From assembly GCA_029557815.1 (NCBI GenBank), contig JAKQHX010000025.1, positions 1 through 49,324 of the forward strand: 49,324 nt of DNA, given 5' to 3'. Positions 1 through 8,545 of this stretch are shown here, in pieces; position 1 is the stretch's first letter; each line of letters starts with the position of its first letter. The stretch comes from a bacterium. Lineage in GTDB: Bacteria > Patescibacteriota > Saccharimonadia > Saccharimonadales > JAGQNK01. The position numbers and the translations under genes were made by a program. The notes beneath the pieces were generated by a model. It did no database searches, was not told where the DNA came from, and saw nothing but the letters and a program-made list of their open reading frames with translations.

Positions 1-142
1 CGGGGATCGGTACGATTCCGGTGTTTGGCTCTATTGTGGCAAAGGGATAGTTTGCCGCCAAAATATCATTGTCGGTCAAGGCGTTGAAAAGGGTGGATTT
101 GCCGACATTTGGCAATCCGACAATCCCGATAGATAAACTCAT
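1..142 (-). CDS. ychF: Ribosome-binding ATPase YchF/OLA1, N-terminal ~47 codons only (gene continues beyond window start)
   Basis: Reverse-complement translation from CAT at 140-142 gives [47 protein letters not shown]. This carries the P-loop GxPNVGKST plus the ANYPFxTIEPN motif typical of YchF. It is absent from the ORF track because there is no stop in the window. Confidence 0.8.
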   Translation of the reverse strand, partial: MSLSIGIVGLPNVGKSTLFNALTDNDILAANYPFATIEPNTGIVPIP

Positions 143-299
143 AAGAATCCATTATAACAGAGGTAAGAGCAAACCCGGATAGTTTGAAGATTGTATTACT
201 TATCCGGATTGCATATTCTTTACGTTTTACGATTTATTGTTATACTTATCAATAATGCATAAGCACTAAAGCTATAAGGGTGCACAAGGCAAATAAACT

Positions 300-929
300 A
301 TGGTGGCCAGGTTCGGCAAAAGAAAAAAAGAGATGGGCAAAACACCTTCCGGCTCAAGCACCGGCCAGCCTGAGCGTATTTCTAACAAGCTTGAACACAA
401 GCTCGTGATTGAAGATAAGCCAATACCTTGGTACCGGCAAAAACGAAATGTAGTGATTATCGTCAGCTTAATTATTGTTGTCATAGGTATCGGAGGCTTT
501 ATCGTGTGGAGTAGCCGCAAGAACGATGCCCCGGCTGATAACAAAAGGGTAGTAGGTAATAACCAGTGTCTCAGCGGAAAAGGTTACGAGCTTGCCAAGA
601 AAGCAGGCGGTATCTTACAGGAAGCCAACAAAGAGAAACAGCTGGAAAAGCTTGTGAAAGATATACAAAAGATTCCGGACTATGAACAAGATCCCGTCTG
701 CTTGGTACCAGTAGTTAAACATCATATCCGTACATGGAAGTTAAATGAGTCCAAAGAGTATCTTGCAAAATTAGAAGCAGTCTACGACCGTCAAAAAGTA
801 TCAGATTTCTATGGTCTTAACTACGATGCACTGGCCGATCTGAAGAAAGCCTTGAAAGGGCTTGAAACGGCAGCGGATAACCTTAATAAGGGTGTAATTT
901 ACCCTCCTGTCAACAATGAAAAGCAGTAG
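300..929 (+). CDS. Hypothetical single-pass membrane protein, cassette copy 1 small subunit (basic N-tail, one TM, helical ectodomain)
   Basis: 209-aa ORF with TM segment VVIIVSLIIVVIGIGGFIVW. The N-tail carries KRKKE, LVIEDK and W-YRQKR motifs shared with the 3113-3733 protein. Its stop overlaps the start of the next gene by 14 nt. An alternative start is ATG 333. Confidence 0.6.
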   Translation: MVARFGKRKKEMGKTPSGSSTGQPERISNKLEHKLVIEDKPIPWYRQKRNVVIIVSLIIVVIGIGGFIVWSSRKNDAPADNKRVVGNNQCLSGKGYELAKKAGGILQEANKEKQLEKLVKDIQKIPDYEQDPVCLVPVVKHHIRTWKLNESKEYLAKLEAVYDRQKVSDFYGLNYDALADLKKALKGLETAADNLNKGVIYPPVNNEKQ

Positions 930-3027
930 CCATATCCTGAGTACAGTTGGACATAAGAAGTTGTCTCACTTCATGATGCAGATGCTTATCGTGGTTGGTG
1001 TACTGTTTGGTATCCTCGTGGTTTTCGCGCCCGAAAGAGCTCATGCCGTTGTCGAAAACCATGAGAATCTGCCGGCGCACGTTACTTTACATTTTTATTA
1101 CGGGAATACTTCCTATGGTCTGCCAAACCGCCGCTGCTGGAACGGTAGTGTCGTGAGAGAAGAAGGCCATGCTCAGTACGCCTGGCTTTCTACGGTGGGA
1201 GGTGTAGGTGGAACGGCGGTCATTAATGAAGGAACTGATTCTGTAGCCTTATGGCTCAATAGCACGACCGCACAGTGTGACAGAAATATTGATGGCGCGG
1301 GCAACCTTATTGGTCGTAGCTTGCAGCGGACGCGTTCGACCTCGATTCTCGCGACCAGTTCTTATGGCAGCCTGAGCTTTTCGTCCCCTAGTGTTACATT
1401 GAATTACGACTGCTCAAATATGTTTAATCTGCGTTGGGTAAAGTTGTGTGGAACGGGTCCCTACGATGTTTTTCCTGATCATCAGGACGTTACACTCTCG
1501 GGTCTGGCGTCCTTACCTCCCGGTACACACACTGTAACGGTACAAGTTTGGCAAAGGATGGTGCATCAATATAGCGGTGGTGTCTACAGGTGCGTGCAAA
1601 ACCCATTCGGTACGGGATACCTAGATTCGATAGATGGCCTTACGGGTAGTAACTGCGGAAACGTTATGGTGCCGGTTACGATCAATATTGAAGTACAGAC
1701 AACTCGTGTCGACGCCGGTAGTTGTGGTGTTACCCCAAGCCTTACCAACCTGTCCCCGAATCAGCCATTTACAGCAGCCTTTACTGCCACAAATTCCGGC
1801 CTGAACGGTGGATTTGTCTGGTCGGTGTATCCACCGAACGGCGAAAAATATCGGTTGCGACGAGTTGCTTCTAGCATACCTGGTGTGCCCGCTGAATATG
1901 ATATAAGAGGCGGGGGTGTAGAGGCAGCGTTTGGGGGGGTCTTGAGGCCTGGAAGAACTGCTTCATGGAGCGAAAGTTTCACTGCGCCCAACGCACTTGG
2001 CCAATTTACAGTGGAGTGGCGGATTTATGGGTATAACGTCAAAGATAACTTCCATTATGTTGGTGCAACGTGTGCGATGACTATCAATGTGGTGGCTAAA
2101 CCTTACTTCAAGGTCTATGGCGGGGATGTATCGGTTGGTAAGGCAGCTCCGGCACCTCCCGCAACGGCCTGTACGGTTAACGCTGCGGCAGACATACGGA
2201 GCTGGCAGCGACTTTACTCGGGTACCACGTATGTAGGTTCCGGCACCCAGCTTGCCCTATTTGCTCTCGATAGCATCGACGGCTTTGCCAGTGGCCAAGA
2301 ACGATACACCTTGCCGCGTAAAAACCTGACGTTTGCCAACACCGGTTCCACAGTCGCCAACTCTACGTACGGAGGAGGTCTTAATGCGGACAACATGCCT
2401 TGCGCAGACGACTACTGGCAGCCAAGTGGTGCAAGCGGTATACCGAGCCCGATTAACCCATCGCATAATGGGTCATACCAAGCAACTGGAAACGTTACTA
2501 TCAACGTTAATCCCGGTGGAATTGGTTCCGGCAATCATGTAACTATATACGTTAACGGCAACGCCTATATTTCAAACAACATCCGATACCAGCCAGCAAC
2601 TTACGGAAACATAGGTCAAATCCCATCATTCCGGCTTATCGTAAGGGGTAACATCTACGTTGCGCCTGGTGTTACGGAGTTAAACGGCACATTTGTAGCA
2701 CTTTCCAATGGCACACCTAATTCCGGCAAGTTTTATACCTGTGGGCAGGCATCAGGCGCCCCGAGCCCTAGTCAGCTAGAGAATGAATGCCGCTGGAATT
2801 TCTTGACAGTATACGGATCCGTCATCGCCGATACGGTTAAGCTCAGCCGGACGGGCGGTACAATCGAACAGGCAAGCTTACCTGAGCTTTATGACCATAA
2901 CTACCTACGTGGAACTACTCAGGGTCCTGCTGAGCGCTTTATTTACACGCCGGAGTTTTGGCTGACAAGCGAGTTTAGTACTGGTGGTGACTCGGGTTCG
3001 TACAAAAACCAACCGCCAGTGCTCTAG
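916..3027 (+). CDS. Large secreted Cys-rich protein, paralog A (variable N-domain, Ig-like segment, conserved ~300-aa C-terminal domain ending PPVL); family unknown
   Basis: 703-aa ORF. The N-terminal hydrophobic segment MLIVVGVLFGILVVFAPERAHA looks like a signal peptide. The C-terminal third is about 75-80% identical to the 3726-5657 protein (KPYFKVYGGDVSVGK, SIDGFASGQERYTLPRKNLTFAN, IGQIPSFRLIVRGNIYVAPGVTELNG, GPAERFIYTPEFWLT, PPVL-stop). Confidence 0.8.
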   Translation: MKSSSHILSTVGHKKLSHFMMQMLIVVGVLFGILVVFAPERAHAVVENHENLPAHVTLHFYYGNTSYGLPNRRCWNGSVVREEGHAQYAWLSTVGGVGGTAVINEGTDSVALWLNSTTAQCDRNIDGAGNLIGRSLQRTRSTSILATSSYGSLSFSSPSVTLNYDCSNMFNLRWVKLCGTGPYDVFPDHQDVTLSGLASLPPGTHTVTVQVWQRMVHQYSGGVYRCVQNPFGTGYLDSIDGLTGSNCGNVMVPVTINIEVQTTRVDAGSCGVTPSLTNLSPNQPFTAAFTATNSGLNGGFVWSVYPPNGEKYRLRRVASSIPGVPAEYDIRGGGVEAAFGGVLRPGRTASWSESFTAPNALGQFTVEWRIYGYNVKDNFHYVGATCAMTINVVAKPYFKVYGGDVSVGKAAPAPPATACTVNAAADIRSWQRLYSGTTYVGSGTQLALFALDSIDGFASGQERYTLPRKNLTFANTGSTVANSTYGGGLNADNMPCADDYWQPSGASGIPSPINPSHNGSYQATGNVTINVNPGGIGSGNHVTIYVNGNAYISNNIRYQPATYGNIGQIPSFRLIVRGNIYVAPGVTELNGTFVALSNGTPNSGKFYTCGQASGAPSPSQLENECRWNFLTVYGSVIADTVKLSRTGGTIEQASLPELYDHNYLRGTTQGPAERFIYTPEFWLTSEFSTGGDSGSYKNQPPVL
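2614..2688 (+). repeat. 75-nt tract perfectly identical to 5265-5339 (inside paralogous C-terminal domains)
   Basis: ggtcaaatcccatcattccggcttatcgtaaggggtaacatctacgttgcgcctggtgttacggagttaaacggc occurs at both positions. Flanking paralogous sequence is only about 80% identical. Confidence 0.9.
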
Positions 3028-3112
3028 AAGAAGTAGAAAACCTATACGGCGTAATGATGGCTCTGATATACTGCTACCAAAGCACAAGCATATAGAAAAA
3101 GGTAAGCTTCTG

Positions 3113-3733
3113 ATGGCAGCGGGGATGGGCAAACCTAAGAAAGAAAAAGCCGATAAATCGGTTGTTGCTGATATGCAAAACCTCCAGGCAAAAACCTCAC
3201 GTAACCCAAGCCACTTACTAGTTGCAGAGGATAAATCAGCTGGCAGAAGTCGGTCTTGGAGGAGCCCAAAGACTAAGGCATTTTATATCTTTGCAGGGAT
3301 TGTTCTGGTAACGGTTTTGGTACTAACGGTATATTTAAAGCTTGTCAAAGAGCAGTCAGAGCTATCAGCGCCAACTGACACGCCTGAACGTGATTTGACC
3401 CAGATAGTAAACAACGACAGTGTCAAAGATGTAGTAAGGCAGTATGGTGCAGAGTATGATACTGCCACGGAGGAGCTAAAAACAAAGAGCACAGAGTGGG
3501 ATAAGGCCAGAATAGATAAGGCGTATTTTAGTCTTTTGTACGCTCATAAGGTAGGTGCATTTAATCAAGTGTATACAATGCTGTCGCTGATTGATGCAGC
3601 GCAGAGGAATGGCCTCAATATTGACGATAATAGTTACGGAATAAGCCAAGATGAACGTGACGCGATTCGAAAACGTGCTGATGTACATGCGCAGAAAGTA
3701 CGGGATAGGCATCAAAGGGGTGGCAATGAGTAA
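3113..3733 (+). CDS. Hypothetical single-pass membrane protein, cassette copy 2 small subunit
   Basis: The ORF track gives 2984-3733. I favour ATG 3113 (MAAGMGKPKKEK...) or ATG 3125, because the upstream part overlaps the end of the previous gene. TM segment is FYIFAGIVLVTVLVLTVYL. N-tail motifs KPKKE, LVAEDK and W-RSPK parallel the 300-929 protein. Confidence 0.6.
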   Translation: MAAGMGKPKKEKADKSVVADMQNLQAKTSRNPSHLLVAEDKSAGRSRSWRSPKTKAFYIFAGIVLVTVLVLTVYLKLVKEQSELSAPTDTPERDLTQIVNNDSVKDVVRQYGAEYDTATEELKTKSTEWDKARIDKAYFSLLYAHKVGAFNQVYTMLSLIDAAQRNGLNIDDNSYGISQDERDAIRKRADVHAQKVRDRHQRGGNE

Positions 3734-5657
3734 GCTACGGCAACTATTGGTCATGTTCCTAATGGTGAGCGCTATTTTTGTGATATCAGGTGGGAAGGCA
3801 GAGGCGGCAAAAACTATCACAGGGACAAGTGGTTCGCCAACTGAATACCGCGCGCTCTGTGATGGCGGGACGCCAGTAGATTTTGCGGCATATCCATCAG
3901 ACGTAAACTTCGACGGTGTTAATTTGACGTATAACATCAACATCCATTGGCAAAGATGCACTGGTACCGAAACGCGAGCGTACGCGATATATGGCGGTGA
4001 GGAAGTATGTCCTGTGTCGGGCACTTACGGTGTTGCGGGTATAGTTACGGATTGTGTCAAGTATATAGGCAGTCCAGAGTATAGTGGGCCTGGTAATGGT
4101 CTGACATGCCCCGAAGGTGTCAATGGGCAATGTGTGACGCCTGCTTTCTCGGGTGCTAGAGTTTCGGCAAATCAACCCTCATCCGCAGGCACTTCGATTA
4201 CAATTCCAATGTCTGTGACTAATAACCTTTGGCTTCTTGCTCCTGATGCAGCAGGCACGTGGACTGTCAGCAACCAGATGTGTCAGTATTACAAAACAGG
4301 TGCAAACTTCACGGTACATAACGACAACCGCTGCATCACGTTAACGATGTCGGTATCATGGGTGCCGACGCCGGTACCTCCTACGATTTCTTGTGGCTCT
4401 GTCACTACCTCCCCGTCAAACCCGGAGCCAGGAGAGAGCTTCACGTTGACTGCTTCATTCTCAACAGACGGTGGTGAGCACGGTGGTAGTAATGACCCCA
4501 CGTTGTATTCTATCCAGGTTGCAATCCCTGCGGCTGGTGTCACGGCACCTGGTCGCTATGCTGCCGCCTATGCATCAATCCCATGGGATGCGGGAAGTGG
4601 CAGCGGTACGCTGCCAAATATCTCGATCGGTGGGGCAAGCGCGCTGCCTATATCCATTGCTACTTCCGGCGTTCACCCGGTGACCTATACTGTTGTTGTG
4701 GATGGCGCAGATAACACGCCTCAAACTTGTACCGGTTCCGTTACTGTTGCCAATAAACCTTACTTCAAAGTCTATGGTGGGGATGTCTCGGTCGGTAAGG
4801 GTAGTGGTGGTTCGGCTTGTGCTACGAATGCCAGCGCTGGTGTCGCTAGTTGGTTGCGGCTTTACTCGGGCGGTATCTACGCCGGCTCTGGTACGCAGCT
4901 GGCAGCATTTGCCCTTGGCAGCATCGACGGCTTTGCAAGTGGACAGGAGCGCTACACGCTGCCGCGTAAAAACTTGACCTTTGCTAATAGTGGCTCGGTA
5001 ATTGCCAATTCAACGTACGGCGGAGACTTGAGTCCGAATAATATGCCCTGCGCGGCTGATTATTGGAGCGATACACCTGCCGGTTCGAGCTTGCCTGCTG
5101 TTATAAATCCGGCTTCTAGCACCACCTATCGCTCCAATACTAATTCTGAGATAAGAGTTGTTCCCACGGGTATCGGAGTAGGGAGAAGCGTAACGGTATA
5201 TGTGGATGGAGACGCGTATATTGCCAGCAACATTATGTACCAACCCTCTATCTACACGGATATTGGTCAAATCCCATCATTCCGGCTTATCGTAAGGGGT
5301 AACATCTACGTTGCGCCTGGTGTTACGGAGTTAAACGGCCTTTTTGTAGCAACAGGTAAGTTTTACACTTGTGGCCAGGCATACGGTCAGCCCACTCCTT
5401 CCCAGCTTGATGGTGATTGTCGTATAAATCGATTGACCGTTCGTGGTAGCGTAATTGCTGATACCATCAAGCTCAGTCGCACAGGAGGTACACTGGCGCA
5501 ATCACAACTTGCCGAGGCCTGGAATCACAATGTTTATAGCTTGGGTTCTGACGGTCCTGCCGAGCGGTTCATATATACTCCTGAATTCTGGTTGACAGGT
5601 GACTTTGATCCAGGGAGCGAAAGCCAGTCCTACAGGACGCTACCGCCGGTATTGTAA
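3726..5657 (+). CDS. Large secreted Cys-rich protein, paralog B (same architecture as 916-3027); family unknown
   Basis: The ORF track gives 3651-5657. ATG 3726 gives MSKLRQLLVMFLMVSAIFVISGGKAEA|AKT, a typical signal peptide, and overlaps the upstream stop by 8 nt. The C-terminal ~300 aa is homologous to paralog A and ends in the same PPVL. Confidence 0.8.
   Translation: MSKLRQLLVMFLMVSAIFVISGGKAEAAKTITGTSGSPTEYRALCDGGTPVDFAAYPSDVNFDGVNLTYNINIHWQRCTGTETRAYAIYGGEEVCPVSGTYGVAGIVTDCVKYIGSPEYSGPGNGLTCPEGVNGQCVTPAFSGARVSANQPSSAGTSITIPMSVTNNLWLLAPDAAGTWTVSNQMCQYYKTGANFTVHNDNRCITLTMSVSWVPTPVPPTISCGSVTTSPSNPEPGESFTLTASFSTDGGEHGGSNDPTLYSIQVAIPAAGVTAPGRYAAAYASIPWDAGSGSGTLPNISIGGASALPISIATSGVHPVTYTVVVDGADNTPQTCTGSVTVANKPYFKVYGGDVSVGKGSGGSACATNASAGVASWLRLYSGGIYAGSGTQLAAFALGSIDGFASGQERYTLPRKNLTFANSGSVIANSTYGGDLSPNNMPCAADYWSDTPAGSSLPAVINPASSTTYRSNTNSEIRVVPTGIGVGRSVTVYVDGDAYIASNIMYQPSIYTDIGQIPSFRLIVRGNIYVAPGVTELNGLFVATGKFYTCGQAYGQPTPSQLDGDCRINRLTVRGSVIADTIKLSRTGGTLAQSQLAEAWNHNVYSLGSDGPAERFIYTPEFWLTGDFDPGSESQSYRTLPPVL
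5265..5339 (+). repeat. Second copy of the 75-nt perfectly identical tract (see 2614-2688)
   Basis: Exact match read directly from the sequence. Confidence 0.9.
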
Positions 5658-5812
5658 GATACGTATTTATCTGTTTGCGTACGAAAGGCTTATGCTATAC
5701 TGAAATAAATATGAATTCCACTTGCATAAAAATCCTGAGGAATTCTAGAAAAAGTGGGCAACATGATAGAAAGAAAAGTAGCAAAACATACGGAAGGCCA
5801 AGGAGATAACCT

Positions 5813-6853
5813 ATGAGTCTCATAAGTGGTGTCTCCGACTTTTTCGGCCTGGATATAGGCACGACAGCTGTCCGTTTAGTGAACCTGAAGGGAAGTGGTC
5901 CTGTGAAATCACTTTCCCGCTATGCGTATGCACCGATTGATAGCAAGATATCTTTGAGCGATGCCAAGGCTGACCAGCAAAAGCTTGCAGCCGTGGTTCG
6001 TGACCTTGTGGCTGAGTCTCGTATCTTGACTCGGAACGTTGCCGTGGGCTTGCCATCGCAAAGAGTGTTTACGACCGTAGTGGATGTGGATCGTCTATCT
6101 CCAGGTGAACTTGCTAAGTCTATTCGCTACCAGGCTGATTCACTAATCCCGACTCCCCTGGACACTTCCAAGCTCGATTGGGCGGTTATCGGTGACTCGC
6201 CAAAGGACAAGAATAAAGTTGAATTATTGCTCACAAGTGTAACGAACGAATTCGTTGAGAACCGTTTGGATATGCTGGAGTCAATCGGCCTCAACGTAAT
6301 TGCCTTCGAGCCAGATAACCTGGCGTTGACGCGGGCTATGCTGGCTCCGGATGCAACGTTGCCCCAAATGGTCTTAGATATTGGCAATAAGAGTACTGAT
6401 TTGGTTATAGCCATGAACGGCGCGCCGCGTCTGACCCGATCAATACCAACCGGCTCTGAGGCAATCATTCGGGCAGCTGTACAGAACCTGAACATTGATG
6501 AGAAGCAGGCAGAACAATTTGTATTCAAGTTCGGACTGAGCAAGGAGAAGCTCGAAGGACAGATTTACCAATCTATCATCGGTACGATTGACCTTTTGGC
6601 CGGAGAGATAGAAAAATCTATCAAGTTTTTCCAAACCAGGTACGGCGATGTGAAACTGGACCGTATCATCGTAACTGGCGGCGCTTCGGCACTACCGGAA
6701 TTCCCGCTCTATATTGCCAATAAATTTGGTATTAGCGTAGAGATCGGTAATGCTTGGCGCAATGTCAGCTTCTCGCCAGATAAGCAAAACGAGCTTTTGA
6801 CAGTGTCGAATCACTTCGGCGTAGCTGCAGGACTCGCGGAGAGGTCTGAATAA
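5813..6853 (+). CDS. pilM: Type IV pilus assembly protein PilM (actin-like ATPase fold)
   Basis: N-terminal FGLDIGTTAVRLV motif, 346 aa, and first gene of a pilM-N-O-B-T-C block. Confidence 0.9.
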   Translation: MSLISGVSDFFGLDIGTTAVRLVNLKGSGPVKSLSRYAYAPIDSKISLSDAKADQQKLAAVVRDLVAESRILTRNVAVGLPSQRVFTTVVDVDRLSPGELAKSIRYQADSLIPTPLDTSKLDWAVIGDSPKDKNKVELLLTSVTNEFVENRLDMLESIGLNVIAFEPDNLALTRAMLAPDATLPQMVLDIGNKSTDLVIAMNGAPRLTRSIPTGSEAIIRAAVQNLNIDEKQAEQFVFKFGLSKEKLEGQIYQSIIGTIDLLAGEIEKSIKFFQTRYGDVKLDRIIVTGGASALPEFPLYIANKFGISVEIGNAWRNVSFSPDKQNELLTVSNHFGVAAGLAERSE

Positions 6854-6855
6854 AT

Positions 6856-7581
6856 ATGATTCAATTTAACCTACTGCCCGATGTAAAACTCGAATATATC
6901 AAGGCACGGCGTGCTAAGCATCTGGTTCTGCTCACATCAATCATAGTGACAGCGGTTTCTGTGGGAATTATGATGGTTCTGTTTTTTGGCGTGAATGTTG
7001 TTCAGAAGAGGCATCTAGGCAATCTGAGCAAAGACATATCAGAAAAAACTGATCAGCTGAAAAAAGAGGAAGATATAGACAAGATTTTGACGGTACAAAA
7101 CCAGCTTAACAACCTGAATACGCTCCATGATGCAAAGCCTGCCGCCGAAAGGTTGGGGGGCTATCTCGAAAAAGTTACACCAAATGAGGTGGCAATATCC
7201 AAGCTGACGGTTGACTTCGGGGCCAATACCATTAAATTTGAAGGTAATGCAAAGGCGCTGAGATACGTCAATCAGCTTATCGATACCATGAAGTTCTCTG
7301 AATATAAGCTCACCGAAGTTGGAGAAGACAACGAGCCTATTATTACTAGGAGCGCAGCATTTTCTAGTGTGGTACTTGCCTCATTTGATAGAAAAGATGG
7401 AGAAGACGCCTTGCCTGTATCGTACGAGATTACTGCAAGCTTTGACCCGATTATCTTTAATATCACCAAAAAAGTATCGCTGGAAATACCTCCTTCGATG
7501 ATTACTACCCGGTCGGTCACAGAACGGCCAACCCCACTATTTCAGCCGCAAGCCTCTGATGAGACAGAGGGAGGAGAATAA
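6856..7581 (+). CDS. pilN: Type IV pilus assembly protein PilN-like
   Basis: Begins MIQFNLLPD (the INLLP-type PilN signature) followed by one TM. It lies 3 nt downstream of pilM. Confidence 0.75.
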   Translation: MIQFNLLPDVKLEYIKARRAKHLVLLTSIIVTAVSVGIMMVLFFGVNVVQKRHLGNLSKDISEKTDQLKKEEDIDKILTVQNQLNNLNTLHDAKPAAERLGGYLEKVTPNEVAISKLTVDFGANTIKFEGNAKALRYVNQLIDTMKFSEYKLTEVGEDNEPIITRSAAFSSVVLASFDRKDGEDALPVSYEITASFDPIIFNITKKVSLEIPPSMITTRSVTERPTPLFQPQASDETEGGE

Positions 7582-7583
7582 TC

Positions 7584-8273
7584 ATGGCAAAAGGTATGCA
7601 ACGTATCTCGACCAAAAAAATACAGATAGATAAGGCAAATTCCGTGATTGTCGCTGCGGTTGGTATAGCCGCTTTCCTCGTTACATTCTCGCTCATATCA
7701 ACTAAGTCACTGTTATCTAGGCGGGCATACCAGGCTCGGGTCATTACTGCGCAAGAACAGGCAAGGGATAAACTAGACGAAAATATTAACTCCGTAAAAG
7801 ACCTGAAGACCCGCTACTATGAGTTCGTCGGCCGTAGCGAAAACATCATAAAAGGTTCAAGTACCGGAAAAAGCCCAAATGATGGCGACAATGCCCGGAT
7901 CATTCTTGATGCACTCCCCAGTAAGTACGACTATCCGGCGCTCGCATCCAGCCTTGAAAAAATCGTCAAGGATAGAGGTTACATCATACATTCGATGACG
8001 GGTATCGACCAAGAGGTTGAGCAAAACAGTACAGAATCATCTGGTGTACAGCAGGCCGTTGAAATGCCTTTTGAGTTGACAGCTGAAGGTTCATATAAAG
8101 GCATCGTAGACCTGCTGGTGGCCTTTCGTCGCTCAATTCGACCATTTCATGTACAGGTTCTGACCTTTGAAGCGGAAGAAGATGACGTCGATGCCGTGAA
8201 GCTCGGCATACAAGGTAAATCATACTATCAGCCCGAACGTACGTTAAGTATCACCGAGGAAGTTGTGCAATGA
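7584..8273 (+). CDS. pilO: Type IV pilus assembly protein PilO-like
   Basis: Single TM, then a coiled-coil and a C-terminal alpha/beta domain (ALPSKYDYPAL..., GSYKGIVDLLVAF) resembling PilO. Position after pilN supports the call. Confidence 0.6.
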   Translation: MAKGMQRISTKKIQIDKANSVIVAAVGIAAFLVTFSLISTKSLLSRRAYQARVITAQEQARDKLDENINSVKDLKTRYYEFVGRSENIIKGSSTGKSPNDGDNARIILDALPSKYDYPALASSLEKIVKDRGYIIHSMTGIDQEVEQNSTESSGVQQAVEMPFELTAEGSYKGIVDLLVAFRRSIRPFHVQVLTFEAEEDDVDAVKLGIQGKSYYQPERTLSITEEVVQ

Positions 8274-8515
8274 AACAAAAAGATGTAGCGCTTATTATTG
8301 TTATCGTATTCGTGGGCGGTATTATGTCGTTTTTCATATCGAACAAGTTTATCAGTTCGCCAAAGCATGACCTAAAGGCTGCAAAGATTGAACCCATTAC
8401 TTCGGAGTTCACAGAACCAAGTAGCGCCTATTACAACAAAGATTCAATCAACCCAACCCAACTTATACGAATCAATGACAACAAGAACGAAAAACCGTTT
8501 ATTGAGGGACAGTAG
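8270..8515 (+). CDS. Small membrane-anchored protein in the pilus operon (unknown; PilP-position)
   Basis: 81-aa ORF with TM ALIIVIVFVGGIMSFFI. It overlaps pilO by 4 nt (ATGA), which suggests translational coupling. Confidence 0.5.
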   Translation: MKQKDVALIIVIVFVGGIMSFFISNKFISSPKHDLKAAKIEPITSEFTEPSSAYYNKDSINPTQLIRINDNKNEKPFIEGQ

Positions 8516-8545
8516 CTGCTGCTTAAAACAAAAGGATAGACCAAT

